From assembly GCA_044892525.1 (NCBI GenBank), contig CM097885.1, positions 189,472,001-189,536,000 on the forward strand: a DNA stretch of 64,000 bases, read 5' to 3'. The translations under genes and the position numbers were made by a program. This document shows positions 1 through 13,807 of the stretch, in pieces; the first letter of the stretch is position 1, and every line of letters begins with the position of its first letter. This stretch comes from Schmidtea polychroa. Its lineage: Eukaryota. The notes beneath the pieces are model-generated. The model was not told the DNA's origin. It searched no databases and saw only the letters and a list, made by a program, of their open reading frames with translations.

Positions 1-532
1 TTTATTGATTATTTTGTTACAATTAAAAAATTAATAGATAATAATTACTATTGATAATAATTATTATTTTTAGTAATATTGATTATATTATTATTTTTAT
101 TGATTATATTTTATTGTCTATTTTCTTATTGATTATTGATCAACTTCATTATTGATTGTTATTGAATATTATTAATTAGTATCAATTAATTAATTAGTGT
201 ACGTTATTAAAACTTTATAAAAATTAGTTTTCTAATAAATAAATATAATTTTTAACCAAGTCATTATTATTATTATAATTATTGATTTTCTTATTAATTA
301 TATTTTTATAATATTGATTATAAGTATTATTATTTTTTTGTTGATTATTGTTATTTTTACTAATATTATTTTAATTGATTACTTTTTTATTATTGATTAT
401 ATTTACTATTTATTTTTATTGATTATTTTGTTACTATTGATAATAATTATTATTTTTAGTAATAATGATTTCTTAGTAATAATTATATCTTTTATAATAT
501 TGATTATTATTATTGATTATATTATTTATCAT
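1..532. repeat. AT-rich low-complexity/degenerate tandem repeat (TTATTGATTAT-like); resumes at 2268-2400 after the hAT insertion
   Basis: TTATTGATTAT units recur throughout; the block at ~100-186 is repeated at ~2286-2375. Confidence 0.8.
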
Positions 533-2267
533 TAGGGTTTAACAATATTCGGGTTTCTCAAATATTCGAATATCAAATAATAAATTCTTAAATATTCGAA
601 TATTCGAATATTTCGAATACTTGACTATGTGATAAAAAAATTTTGAAATAAAAAAGGAAAATTAAGCATCGATTATTTATAATATTATTTATTAATGAGA
701 CTGAAACCAGCTCTTTAAAAATACAATAGCATTAATAGCTTCATCTCGCATTCTGGTTCTAAGTTTCGATACCACAATTCCAGAAGATGAAAATGCTCGT
801 TCACTCTCGGTTGACGTTGGTTTAACTGTTAGCAGTGCATTATAAAGTAAATCCAAATTTCGTGATCTTACTCCAGTGGCTTCATAAATTTGGAATTCTT
901 TGTTGAGCGAATTAAAATTATCACCATTAATTGGGATTGAAGGAGCTTGACTTTTTGTGATTGCTAAATTTAACTCATCGGCAATTGATGTAGGTTCAGG
1001 TTCAACACGAATGACTACAATTTCATGGTTTTCTTCACTGTTACTATGTTGCACATTAACTTCTTTTAAAAATAATCGTTGCATTAGTTCTTTGGCATAT
1101 GATAATGTAATGGTTCTAGGTGAATAAGAAAACCATTTGTTGTTTTCTTTTGATGCTGATAAATTATGCAGAAACCTCAATATTGATACCATTGCTTTAT
1201 TTCTTCTCTCATTTATACGTTTGAGTAAAATTTCTTGAAATTTTATGCTTAATTCAGATTCTTCTTCCGCTAACTTATTAAGTAAAAATATAACTATCTT
1301 CTCGCAAGTTAATAATGTAGCATCTTTTCTGCTTAGTGCTAGAACCGCAACTTTTAAAGGAGCTAGAACTGCTAACATATTTTTAAGAGTGGTAATATTG
1401 ATTTCACAAATTTTATCAATAGCATTTAATTCAATTAAACTGGTTTTTATGCAGCTATATAACATTAGGAATCTTTCGATCATTGCTTCAAGAGAATTCC
1501 ATCTGGTTTTAATATCTCTTATCAAACTTATTTCTTTTTGAAATTCTTGTTTCACGTATCGCTGTAAAATGCTATTTTTGGTGGGTGACCGTCTAAAGAA
1601 ATCCACGACCTTTCGAATTTCTGTAGTTGCTTTTTGGTAATTGGGTAGAAGAATAATGCGGTGCTCTTGTTCGGTTTCAATTTCAACATATATTTCACCA
1701 TCATCAAATTCATCATATGATTCTGATTCTGAATCTAAAGTATTTGGATCACATATTTCTTCTTGATAAATATGTTTCTCGTTATTTTTGTAGAACATAT
1801 CCATCACAGCTAAATGAATAGCATGATTCATACATTGAACGTGGTGTGTTGGATTCTCACGCCCAAACTTACACATAACACTTGCACCATCAGTGGTTGA
1901 TGCAACAATATCTTTTGCAAATGTGATACCAAATTCTTTTAAATGTTTGTCTACAATTCTTTGAGTTTCTATGGCATCACAACCTCCAATTATTCGTGAT
2001 TCACGATTGAATAAAACATTTGATATTTAACTTTTTAACAACGCTAACGGCCTACTATACTACGTACTTTTGAACAAATAAAAAAATATTTGAAATTAAT
2101 TAATAAAATTAGCGACATCTTTTATATTTCTTTTTGTAATTTAAGCTAATTAAAGAACCATTAATTATTCAACGAATAATTTAAGAAAATATTCGAATAT
2201 TGAATATCAAATGTTGTACAGATTATTCGAATAGTATTCGACGAATATATTCGTGTGTTAAACCCTA
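533..2267 (-). mobile_element. hAT DNA transposon, internally deleted
   Basis: 12-bp TIRs TAGGGTTTAACA/TGTTAAACCCTA; perfect 8-bp TSD TTTATCAT (525-532, 2268-2275); subterminal TATTCGAATA repeats. Confidence 0.93.
692..2010 (-). pseudogene. hAT transposase lacking the N-terminal BED finger (catalytic core plus dimerisation domain)
   Basis: 394-aa ORF with CMNHAIHL, DIKTRWNS and PTSTESERAFS motifs; frame extends upstream through STTDGAS (a catalytic D). Confidence 0.88.
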
Positions 2268-3099
2268 TTTATCATTATTATTTTTATTGATTATATTTTA
2301 TTACCTATTTTTCTCATTGATTATTGATCAACATCATTATTGATTGTTATTAAATATTATTAATTAGTATCAATATTTGTTGTTTGTTCTGATTATTATT
2401 ATTACAAATATGCCTATTGAGCCTACTGGTGATCAACAATGATCGACATTACTTTAATATGTATTGAACTCATACAACATGAGAAAAAATATAATTTACT
2501 CAGAAATGAATCCAGAAATGTCATTGGAATATGTAATTGACGAGCAGAATTGGTTTACCAGTGTAGATAGCAGTGGTGATGGCGATAGTACGCAATTATC
2601 AGATTTAACGCACGAAACTGCCAATCAAATGGAAACCGATAACCAAAAAACTGTCATATCCAAGGCAACCAAAAGGAAGCTGTATACAGAACACAGCCCC
2701 TCCTTTATTGACCAATCTATAAGTATATTATAATTAATCCTCCCACAGAGAAATATATCCATTGCAGGCATCATCCTTGAAGATATATCTACTGTCAACC
2801 ACCCGTTGCGATTGGATTCATCCATTACACGTCTGGCTGCCAGTAAGCGTTGTCATGGAAATGTTTTGATTTTGTCTGTCATATCTAGAGTCCAATGGCG
2901 ATTACAGAAACCATTCGCAAGATTCCGAATCTGGTACATTCACGCTCTCCATTTATCGTATTGATTATTTGCAGAGTCATTAACTATTGGTAATTTATCG
3001 AATCGATTAAATATTCGCAATCATTCAAATTCAATTGGTGAGATTTTGTAATATTTTATTGATTTCAATTTATAATTGTCTAAATTAAAACAAAGTTTA

Positions 3100-3460
3100 A
3101 AAATTACGCATCAAACAATTTTTAAAATCCACATTAAAGCAAAATTAAATATTTCACCTAATTAAAACAAAATTCAAATTAATTTACCTCATTAAAACAA
3201 AAATTAATAAACCAGATCAATTAAATAAAATTTCTTCAACAACTTTTGACAAATGCCAATTTTTAAACAAAAATATTTCACCTTATTAAAACAAAAATCA
3301 AATAATTCATCTCAACATAAAATATATAAATCAAATCAATTAAATTATTTTTGACAAATGTCAATTTTTAAAAACAATCTCATTAAAACGAAAAAATCAA
3401 ATATTTCACCTAATTAAAACAAAAGTCAAATAATTCACCTCATTAAAACAATTAATATTA
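3100..3460. repeat. About 3 imperfect tandem copies of a ~126-bp unit
   Basis: AAATATTTCACCTAATTAAAACAAAA..TCAAATAATT motif recurs near 3147, 3273 and 3399. Confidence 0.65.
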
Positions 3461-3576
3461 AAACATTGGATATATTGTCACATTAATTAAAATAAAATAA
3501 TTGAAAAACGCTAAAAATTGACAGACCACCGCCACTGATAATACCGACAAAAAGAAATACAAAACTCACTTCTTCC

Positions 3577-4314
3577 TTATTGCAAATTAGCCCTTCGCCT
3601 CAAATATTTCAGCTTGTCCGGTTCTTCTTGATACCCCTGTACAATAGTATCTACTTGTTCATGTAGGGCTTCATATTTTCTTCGCTTCACCTCTGGTTGT
3701 CCCATTATAACTCTTTCCAAAGTGTGCTTGTGGCATGCAAGATACTTTTCGATGCCTTCCAGCAATATCCAGACACTTGGATGGCTGCAATAGAAAATTG
3801 AGTTCAAAGTATTGTGAAAACCTTCACAGCAATTAGTGGTTTTTGGGGACCTTATCATTGCAAATTCTGATGGGAAATTGTGGATCCCTTCCAACTGCAC
3901 CTTCAATGTATATTGAGAAAATCCGGAATTTATCCGGAATGTATATCATCATCCGGAAATGTATCTGCTACTTCAATTCAAATAACAATAAAAATATAAC
4001 TAGATTATGACAAAGAAATTAATTGAAAATATTGACCAAGAAATTAATTGAAAATATTGACCAAGAAATTAATTGAAAATATTGACCAAGAAATTAATTG
4101 AAAATATTGACCAAGAAATTAATTGAAAATATTGACCAAAAAGAAATATAAAATCACTTCCTCCTTTTTGCAAATTTGCCATTAGCCTCAAATAAGTTGA
4201 TCTAGTTTGAGCGCACTTGCCATGTAACCATAAAGGTTCAATATAATTTTTTTTGCTTTTCACTAATATTCCTAATGCTGATATGGCTCTTGAGGTATTT
4301 GACAAACAACCCAA
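3577..4314 (-). pseudogene. MULE/Mutator transposase C-terminal remnant (frameshifted)
   Basis: PKTTNCCEGFHNTLN...HPSVWILLE matches the MULE RTNNxxEGxHxxxN/HPxIW motif; upstream frame gives YIEG..PQFP. Confidence 0.7.
4009..4139. repeat. 25-bp tandem repeat, ~5 copies (GACCAAGAAATTAATTGAAAATATT)
   Basis: Near-perfect period-25 array seen directly. Confidence 0.95.
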
Positions 4315-4671
4315 ATTATAATAGGATCAGTTCGGAAAATCAAAATTCAAACCTTAAAAGTTACTTGAATTAAAAAAAACTTACTTGTAAAATTGAATAA
4401 ATGAAATGAAGTAAATAACTTCACATTCTCATAAATGGTGAGTCATCAACTGATGAACACACCAACATGTATTATAGAGACTTTTAACATCTGGAATTAG
4501 GTGTAGTGCAATGAGATACATCTTACACTATAGAAATCTAAAAAGTAGTAGAAAAATTAAATACTGCACACAAACACAACCATTCTAAAAAACGCATCCA
4601 AACTTTCGATTCATAGAAATGCGCCACTGAGATAATGTTTAGAAATAAAGTTATCCCCAAAAATGTTTTTA

Positions 4672-4898
4672 GGGGTCATTGTATAATTGCGTCACGCCAA
4701 AATGACGTAATTGTTAATCATCGTTGTCTAGTCAAAGTATCAGCACCACTGTAGCATAGTAGCAGAGGAAGAGTGTTGCAATAATAATTCTTGTGGTCCA
4801 TAAAATACAACTAGGGTGACGTCACATTCAGCTCAATTCATCAACCCACTTAAGTCACGTTTTCCAAGAACGAGCGTACGTAATTATGCAATGACCCC
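4672..4898. mobile_element. PIF/Harbinger-type MITE
   Basis: TIRs GGGGTCATTG(T/C)ATAATT(G/A)CGT; flanked by a 3-bp TTA TSD on both sides. Confidence 0.85.
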
Positions 4899-4983
4899 TT
4901 AAATGTATTTTTAAAGAAACTATAACAAAAATATCGTCGTAAGAATTTTTGAGTTAAATATTCATTAGAATTTCTGATATTTA

Positions 4984-6022
4984 TGTTGGGTTTTAGATTA
5001 CTTTAAGTTGGTTCCCTCTGACTCCTCGTGTTCTTTAAATCAAAACAATAACGACCCAACGTATATTGAAATAACAAATTCACAATCCTTTATCACCACT
5101 TTACAGTTAACAATCAAAATTCCGTTTGACCGATTCTCCGCTCGGTGTTGATGCTTTGATAAAGATAATATTCACCTTTTAGTCTCTCAGGTTCTAAAGA
5201 CCAACGTTTTCCTCCTTTTCTGTTTGATTTGATCCTTTTCACGCTTTTTATTCTTATTCTATCTCTTCTTTTTCCTTAAACTCCTAGATTCGTTTTCGCC
5301 TTTTCCCTAAGCTCAGTTTCTTCTTACCCTACCTGAGGCAAAATGCCGATTTTTTCTGATTTTCCCTTTCCTTATATACTCCTCGAAATCGGGATGACAA
5401 ATGGTTATTGCCGAGCCAATCTTTCACTTGACATTTGCTTCCACGTATCTGCTTCGGCTGTCACTCATAATGGTCCAACGAACCAAGATAATTAATGGCC
5501 CTTCCGGCTTTTCTACACGCACTATCTTCTTGCTCTTTTCCCATTAATCATTGTGTCAAGCTAATGGGCCCAAATCTTCCTTCTGTTTGCTTTTCTTCTT
5601 GTTTACCCAGCTCGGGTTTCCTTCATCTCTCGGGTTCTCCACTGGCTCGGGTTTCCCATTAGCTCGGGTTTTCTATTAGCCAATTAATTAATTAATTAAC
5701 GTTTTCTGTTTTTACACATTTGAATGCTTTTCGACCCTTCCTAACCATTTTCTGATAAATCCCTAACCATCATCTTGTTGACCATTAGCTACTCTATACC
5801 TGTCCCGTTTTCCCCATTCGATTTCGATAAATTTACCATTTATTGATTTTTCTCGGATTTTCGGATTCCTGCCTTTCGTATTTCCTTTTCGCATTTTTTA
5901 ATACTGCTTCCATCACACTGTGCATGATCCCGCTTTTATTTGTCTTTTTCCTTCACTTACTTTTTATTTAAATCATTAACCTAAATTTCATTTCAATTTA
6001 TTTTAATTTGCGGACCTCAACA
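4984..6022 (+). mobile_element. Solo LTR, subfamily A (Gypsy-type)
   Basis: TGTTGGG...CCTCAACA termini; 4-bp TSD TTTA; internal homology to 45975-46938 (-). Confidence 0.85.
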
Positions 6023-7511
6023 TTTATTTTAGAAATATTTTAGAAAAATACAGTTTTGGCAATTGATTTAATTATTTAATTATCATTAAAAAATATATCT
6101 GACTTGCATTATATCAAAATAATTCCAAATTATAATTATAAAATAAATTTTATAAAATTCATGAAAACCTGAAAATTAATTAAAAATAATTTATAACACA
6201 AATGTTGACTATAGGTAATATTTAAGAACTTGAATAATGATCTCATATCTATATGGAATTCAAGCCTTAAAATATACTTAAAATTAAACATCTTACCTGA
6301 AAGCCATTTCAAAATTGGCTAAAATAAATTTCAAGTAATGAAATTTATTAAATTGGTGAGTAAATTCAAAGATGTGCACTCTAACAATCATTATAAAAAA
6401 TGTATCTCATTGGTGTTTGGTGTAGTAGAAAGATAATAGCTATGAAAGCATTTAGACGATAATCTATCAGCGACCATAGAACAATTAAACAATACACCAT
6501 TTAAGTGCTAAAAAGACCAATATTTTGTTCCATACATTTTTTTAAAAAACTCAAAAAAAATTTCAATAAATCGAATTCATTAAAACAAAATTAATAATAA
6601 TTTATTTTTAAACAAAATTGTCAAAATTAAAACATTTATCTTTTTCATTTTGTATAGTGAAATTTTTTAAAAATCAATAACTATAAAACCGTTCTACAAA
6701 TTTTTATTTTATTTTACGGCATTTTCTGAATTATTAATAAAGATATTTTTGTATAAAGATATTTTTGTATCCTTGTATCCTGAATAATTTAGCATGAATT
6801 CAATTATTGTAGATTCTGGTTCGAGAACTTGTTCGGCATTTTCAAGTAATTTCTCACTACTTTTGCAATGTTACCAAAAATATGAGAAATATAAAATTTT
6901 AATCCAATTATTTTTTTTTACCTTTTACACCGCCTCCTGGTCATTTGTTTACTGGTTATATCGGGTTCACTAAGTTGTGAATGCAATACATCACATGACA
7001 CGTCTATCAATAATATTGAAAATATTGGAAAAATCAATTATTTATAAATCTTTGTAAACAACTTAATTCTATGCTAGTAAATCATTGGAAAATCGATAAT
7101 CACTCAAAATAGTAGATGTCATCAATTTTCCTTCATAAATCCCAAAATCTGTCACAGATATTAATATTTAAAATTTCTGTTTTAAAACATGCGCCATGAA
7201 TTCAAATATTTAAACAAATCTAAAAAATCGCCATTCGTACATCTATTTCACTATATATTTCGATAGCATCACTATCATAATCAGGTTACCTACATTCACT
7301 AGGAATGAATACTATATTGATAATATATAAACAAATTATAAAATCTATAAATTTTAAATTACAAATAAAAATTTTAAACAATTATTTTTTTAAAAATAAT
7401 TTTCAATAATCAATTATATTTAAACTTTTAAAATTATTTAAAAAATATTATTTTAATTTTTTTTTAATTATTTAACATAACTATTATTAATATACATCAA
7501 CATACAAAAAC

Positions 7512-7940
7512 TTAATTAAAAACATTCAACACACACGTATTCACTGCATTCTGCACATTGACTTCAGGATTAAAAGTTCTTATCGATAATGCTTCACATA
7601 TCACACGCTCAAAACAATTATCAAAAAATTTTGATAAGATTTTAAAATCAGACATTCCTAATTCTCTCATACAGACTTTATTGTGATCCTTAATATTGGA
7701 CACTCCCTTCGGACGACAGTGTTCTTGAACTCGAGTACAGAGATGACGGGAAGTCTCTCCAATGTATGTGGCATTACACCCATTACATGTGAATTGATAA
7801 ACAAGATCCGAACACAATCCAACCGGCGTTTGAGATTTACTAACAAACATACTGCGTACTTTGCACGATTTTGAAACAATATTAAGAATCACAATAAAGT
7901 CGATATGAGAGAATTAGGAATGTCTGATTTTAAAATCTTA
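7512..7940 (-). mobile_element. Penelope-like element 3' fragment (GIY-YIG endonuclease) with a short inverted duplication
   Basis: LVYQFTCNGCNATYIGETSRHLCTRVQEH; 7877-7940 is an inverted copy of 7635-7698. Confidence 0.85.
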
Positions 7941-8031
7941 CCCAAAAATTTTGATTTCATTTTTTAAACATTTATTTCCCTCATAATCCTGAAAATGGAA
8001 TTTCCTTAAACTTGTTTATAACTAACTTAAT

Positions 8032-8325
8032 ATGAGTGACGAGGAGAACGGGTATGTTAAATGGTCCAGTGGAGTCACCTCGACCTGCTAATTTTCATAT
8101 TACAAAATTTTCTGTTCAGATTTGCGTACTCAATGGAACATGAATGAATCGTTCTTGATTTATAAAGGCGTCCAGGAAGGATTGACTTGGTCAGATATTA
8201 AATCCACATATTTTAGAAACTCGTTTAGAACAAATGTACATATTAAGGATCGATGGAGAGTAATTTTAAAGAAGCCTCAATTAATGAGTGAATTACAGAT
8301 TTTATTGGAGGCTCAAAGGAAATGA
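8032..8325 (+). CDS. Candidate small single-Myb (telobox/TRF-like) domain protein, probably 2 exons
   Basis: QW...E..L..GV..G..WS.I...YF....RT.VHIKDRWR resembles the TRF-type Myb helix pattern; CTAAT branch site and TTCAG acceptor at ~8119; exon 1 boundary uncertain. Confidence 0.5.
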
Positions 8326-9699
8326 GAGAAAATGTTTAAAATTAAAATTGATTAGAAAACTTTCGATTTTATTGTAAATTTTAAAATGCGTTTTACAATT
8401 TGTGATTACTGATAATGATTGCATGTTAATTATATTGTTTATTCATTTCCCAACACAGCCTTCTCTTGTAGGATGGAATCCACAGGAACAGGTTTGTTAT
8501 AAATCGTATATCAATCGATAATATTTACATAATATATTATAAATCAATAATTCATGACAAATCAATAATCCATAACAAGTCAATAATTTATTACAAATCA
8601 ATATTCTATAGTCCCACAAAAACTCATCGATTATTGATTTTGCAATTCTAATCAGCATTGTATCGTTCATTAAATTTAACATTAAATAAATAAATTAGTA
8701 AAAACAGTTCTTAACCAAAAAATTGTATTTCAAAGCTATATTTCTGGATTTTAACATAATCCTCGAACCATGTCGTTTCTTTCACTATTCTACTTTTCAA
8801 TATTTGATTAAATTCTTGGTTAGAGAGATAAATTTTCGTATTTTATAAAGACCTTCACATTGTATCCCATCTATTATTATTTCCTGAGATTCTTTCCGAA
8901 CTTCATAATTTTAAAATATCGCAAAGCTTGCTTATTACCATATTAATTTTATCTTTTCGGCAGCATTTTTTTATTTTCTGTAAACGGTGAATAGTCTGTA
9001 GTATTCTTATTTGCTTATCTAATTAAAAATTCAATCTTCGATAAAAATTTTAACTAATTCCTCTCACAGCAGTTTGTAGGGTAATCGTATTATTAGTAGC
9101 TATATCCTTAAATACCAAATGGGTGCTTGCATTGAACCATCAAACCCGTGAGAGCTGTATACAATTGTTGGCATATTGGGGTTAAATTAGTTACGAAAGC
9201 AAGAGTAATTGATCAAGGGCCTTTAATTCACATATGTTATATTGTTTTCAGCCAGTATAACCAATTACATTTCGAAGATCAAATAGTCGGTTGATCGTAT
9301 GATAAGTAACAGTTTGGTTTGAGTTTGGTTGAGGATTGATTGATTGTGCTCCTAATTATATTTATTAAACGGTAATTTTGAATATTGCCAAAATAGTGAA
9401 GTAACAGGTTGTTTTCTGGGGAATTTTTGGGGTTTTTTGTCGTGCGAACGTCTTATTGTCATTGGGTTTCGTTGTAGACAGCTCGTCGTCGTGGGTCTTG
9501 ATATGGCGCAGGATGGATTGAAGTCGTCTGACTAGTGTATCTTGGATGATATGGGATTGAAATTAATTGCGTTTATTTTGAGTGAGCATTTAGCGAATTA
9601 AGAAAATAAATAATAGGAAGATTAATTTGAATTAATTTTAATAAAATTTATTAAAATATGTATTAGAATATGATGCTAATAGTTTGGCAATAAGTATTT

Positions 9700-12600
9700 C
9701 AGAATTAGTTATAATTGACTTTCAGAAATTTTCCGAAATAGTAAATTGATAAATGGTTGAAGTGACAATACTCAGAACGCATGTTGGCACCTACCAAATG
9801 AAGTATGAGGAAATAAATATGGAACTCTTGGCTATTGAAACTAGGTGTGAATTTTGAGTGATCTACGAAAGGCAAGCATGGGATTGTGTGAGTGAATTGA
9901 TTATAGGAATAAGTATATTGTTGGAGTTTGAGAGATGTCAACATGCATGATAAAAAAATGTAAATACCGAGTAATAAAAACGAATGAATAAACATTCAAA
10001 TAAAAATATGATAAAACTCGACAGATAACAAAGCACCAAATGATAAATAAAGAAAATGATAACCATGTCTTGAACACAGAGTTAATTGAAAGGCCCACTA
10101 AAGTTAGCTTCTGCAAATATAAATCGAGACGAATAACAATGTTGAAGGAATAGTACGTTTTCAGTTTCTGAATAAATACAGCACTGGGTGAAAAAATACA
10201 TCAAGAGACGAGTAGACCTGATGAAACAGAACAAATCAAAAAATATTTTACGGAAGATGAAAGGAAAATAAAGACAACGAAAGGCATCGAAACATCGCGG
10301 GTAAAATGATAACTACACGTCATCAGCATAGAATAAATAAAAACGTTAATTAAATGAAGGAAAACAAGAACTAAACATAGCTGCAAGGCAAATGGAAGGA
10401 TAAAACTGGCTGGGAACTAAACTAAAGACAATCGCGAATAACCCATTAAAAACAATCACAATATAAAAGCGAGCAGAAGTAAATCGAAAATTCCCGTGGC
10501 AAAGGCACAAAAACTCAACCAAAACTGACTGAACAACCTTGTGAAATAAGCGAACATCACAGACATCAAGGATATGTAGAAAATGAATTTTAAAAGTTAT
10601 GTAGAACGGCTCGGGAAATTAACAAAGTAAATAGAGAAATTAATGAAAATAAATACACAAGACACAGGAATAACATGGTGGATATCGACAAATGATCCAG
10701 TGAAAAAAACCAAGAAGCCAAAGGTTAGCCAAAGAAATAGGAAAATTCAGCACAGTTATACGCACAATGCTCATATTAATAACCGAAATGCACTATGAAA
10801 AAAAAATTATCTAACGACAACGACATCATAGAGAATAGGAAACAATTAGAACCAGACGGGTGAAATATACAGTAAATGAAAGAGTACAGAACACTAAACT
10901 AAGAACAGGGGGAATCGATCGGAAAACATCAGGACTTACGAACCCCACGTACATAGAAAGGGTTATGACTGTATATAGTGTGAACAAGGCATATANNNNN
11001 NNNNNNNNNNNNNNNNNNNNNNNNNNNNNNNNNNNNNNNNNNNNNNNNNNNNNNNNNNNNNNNNNNNNNNNNNNNNNNNNNNNNNNNNNNNNNNNNNNNN
11101 NNNNNNNNNNNNNNNNNNNNNNNNNNNNNNNNNNNTGTAGGTGAATTAATAGAATGAAACGGATCACAATGGAAATCAATCCCAAGATCACCACAGGAAA
11201 AATATGGAAGCAGAAAAGTGTCATACTATCTTAAATAACATTAGCTATACAGAAGCAAGGAATCTCATGGAGGGACAATCTAATCGAAAGTTTGAACAAT
11301 GAATTTGTTCGTGAGAGAATAATCAAGGACCAGAGAAGAAAAATTGAACTAAAGTGAAGAAAAATAGAACAACTCAAATGATAAAGACAAATGCAAGAAA
11401 ATGAACTAATAAGAATAGATGGGGAAATCAAGGAGAGAAAGATATGGTCAGAATGTAACGGAGAATATCAGACATAAAAAGGAAACGGGAAAAAGAAAAT
11501 GCAGGGAGCTGAAGATAAAGTACAAATAGTTAAACAAATCCATTATAGTATTCATAGAAAATTTTAATAAGATGAGGAGTAAAATATTCCGAGAGGGAGG
11601 TGGAATGAGCAGAAGAACACCGTATCTGTATTTTGCGTAACAGAGAAAACAACGAACTATTAGCATGGTCATAGCATTGAAAAGAGATGGTAATGGCAGA
11701 ACTGAGTGCCAAAAAAGAGGACTAATTACATATAAATAATATTATATATCGGTGTATACACCCCAATCAAAATAATATATAATACAATTAGAGGACCGAT
11801 CACCATAAACAAAAATAAAATAACGCGAAAAATCAAAAAGATTAAAATCTTCGCTTATTGAAGAGTAAAGAAAATCAATCAGAGAAAATGGACGTTTGGC
11901 AAATATTGTAGAGAGGACACGAGAACAAAATACTGAGAACAGAGAGAACACAAGATAATAAATAAATCAAATAATGAATGTCGGGGACGACATTTGGCGA
12001 AGATGCGGAGGAAAAATGAGATAATAACAAAAGGGAGACCAAGATGAAAGTCAAAATTGAACAACAATAGACATGAGCAATAATAGGAACAATCGGGAAA
12101 AAATTATACAAAAACATGATTAACAGAAAATGTAGCGCACACATATAACAAAATAGAATTTGAACAAATAAACTTAATAAAAATACAAGGAAAACACAGA
12201 ACGAAACGAACAAACATGAAACAACAAATAACAAGTTCACAGAAGGAATGCAAGGGCAAGGACATTGGGAAAAAATCAAAACTGCGAGAAACGACAAATA
12301 TAAAATGAAACACGATAGAATGATATAGAACAAAAATTTGAAAGCTTAACATCACGACACGGCCAATTAAAATAACAAGATACACTAACAAAAATGAGAT
12401 CAATTAGAAACATCGAACAAAAGTTTTAGTTATGGAAAACGAACATACTGCCTACCTTTACTATGGAACAAAAAGTTACAATAATGAAAAACGAACGGAC
12501 TGTCTACTTTTATTAGGAAACAAAAAGTTGCAATTGTGGGAATTTGAATAATAAATTTGAATAAATTCAGAAATGATAGAAGCAATAGTAGAAACCACTG

Positions 12601-13308
12601 CAGGAACAGCTAGGGAGAAATGCGTATAGACAGTAGGTATTCGGATATAGGTGGATATGTGTATATGAATATATGTGTATGAATACGGGTATATATATAA
12701 GTATATGTATAAGTATATATAGATGACCAATAAAATGACGTAATGAATAAATAAACAAATAAGCAAGGTTAAGAGCCAAAGTTAAGTAGTATACAGATAC
12801 GAGAATAAGTTAAAAACAAAATATATAACAATTTGCACAATAATAGACATCAACACAAAAAGCAACGAATAAAGCGCGGAAACGGAAAGATAACGGAAAA
12901 CATTGTAGAAAAAAAATGTAACAAGGGGGAACGTAAAGAATCAAAGTTTGGGAAAACATACAAATAAGGAAGCGTGATAAATTACAAAATTGAGCAGGGA
13001 TGTTTAATAAATAAACCATTAACGAATAGAAGGGTAACGAATAAAATGGATAAACAAATATTGACGAGTGATGCGAGAGGGATCTGCCTGAGTAAATAGT
13101 GAGTATATTAACGAGAAATAAGTCAACACCAACAGTGAGAGTAAAAGCGACAGCAATAATACATTAACCAAGTAAGAAAAGTGGATATATTTAGAGTAAT
13201 AAAAAATTGACCAAGTGTAACCAAGACAAGTAAATTAAGGGCATGACGTATAAATGAGAATAAAGGTATTACGAAAATTGAGAGCAAATAAATAGGGCAA
13301 AGATTTTC
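9700..13308 (+). mobile_element. Heavily decayed retroelement internal region (purine/A-rich strand)
   Basis: Strong strand asymmetry; degenerate zinc-knuckle-like text around the gap at 10960-11190; no intact ORF. Confidence 0.3.
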
Positions 13309-13807
13309 TGTTTTAAGAAATACACAACCCATGAGCTACACTTAGCGTAGTACGGATAATTTCCAGGGAAGTACCAACTGTCCTGACAAAAGATGTGGAA
13401 CAGAGCCCATCGCATATACTGGAACATTTCTGCGTGTGACCCGATCACCACACGATCGGAGATCGACCAGTGCGAGTGTTTCGCATCCGGAGTCAGGAGA
13501 GTGGGGTAAACCCGGAAGAGTAGTAAAAAGAAGCCTGGAAATTACTAGGGCGAATTTCAAGAGCGTTGCCCCGCAAGGTACAAAGTGATCGCTGTAACCA
13601 TCTCCAAATCAGTGTCAAAATCCAAAAGGAGTCTTCAATCTTCGATTTCATGAAAATCGGCGTTGTGATTGTAGTTATATTGAGTTGATATGACATTTTA
13701 TATAAAAATCCATGCAATAAAAGTTTCTATCTTGTTTATTTATTTATTCATTAAAAATTTTATTTAGCCTTATGATTTCGATTTTATTTCTAGTAATCAC
13801 ACTAACA
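13309..13807 (+). mobile_element. Candidate LTR
   Basis: TG...CA termini (TGTTTTAAG...CTAACA); weak purine tract upstream; AATAAA at ~13716 followed by T-rich U5-like sequence. Confidence 0.35.

Noticed and set aside
314-535. 73-aa hydrophobic ORF
   Set aside because: Translation of AT-rich low-complexity repeat with a TTG start; not a gene.
533-545. TTAGGG telomeric seed
   Set aside because: A single occurrence that is part of the hAT TIR.
2464-2960. Possible spliced gene (89-aa ORF plus short candidate introns)
   Set aside because: The trial splice gave an in-frame stop, and no domain was recognisable.
4009-4139. CRISPR-like array
   Set aside because: Contiguous identical units with no spacers, no cas genes, and eukaryotic context.
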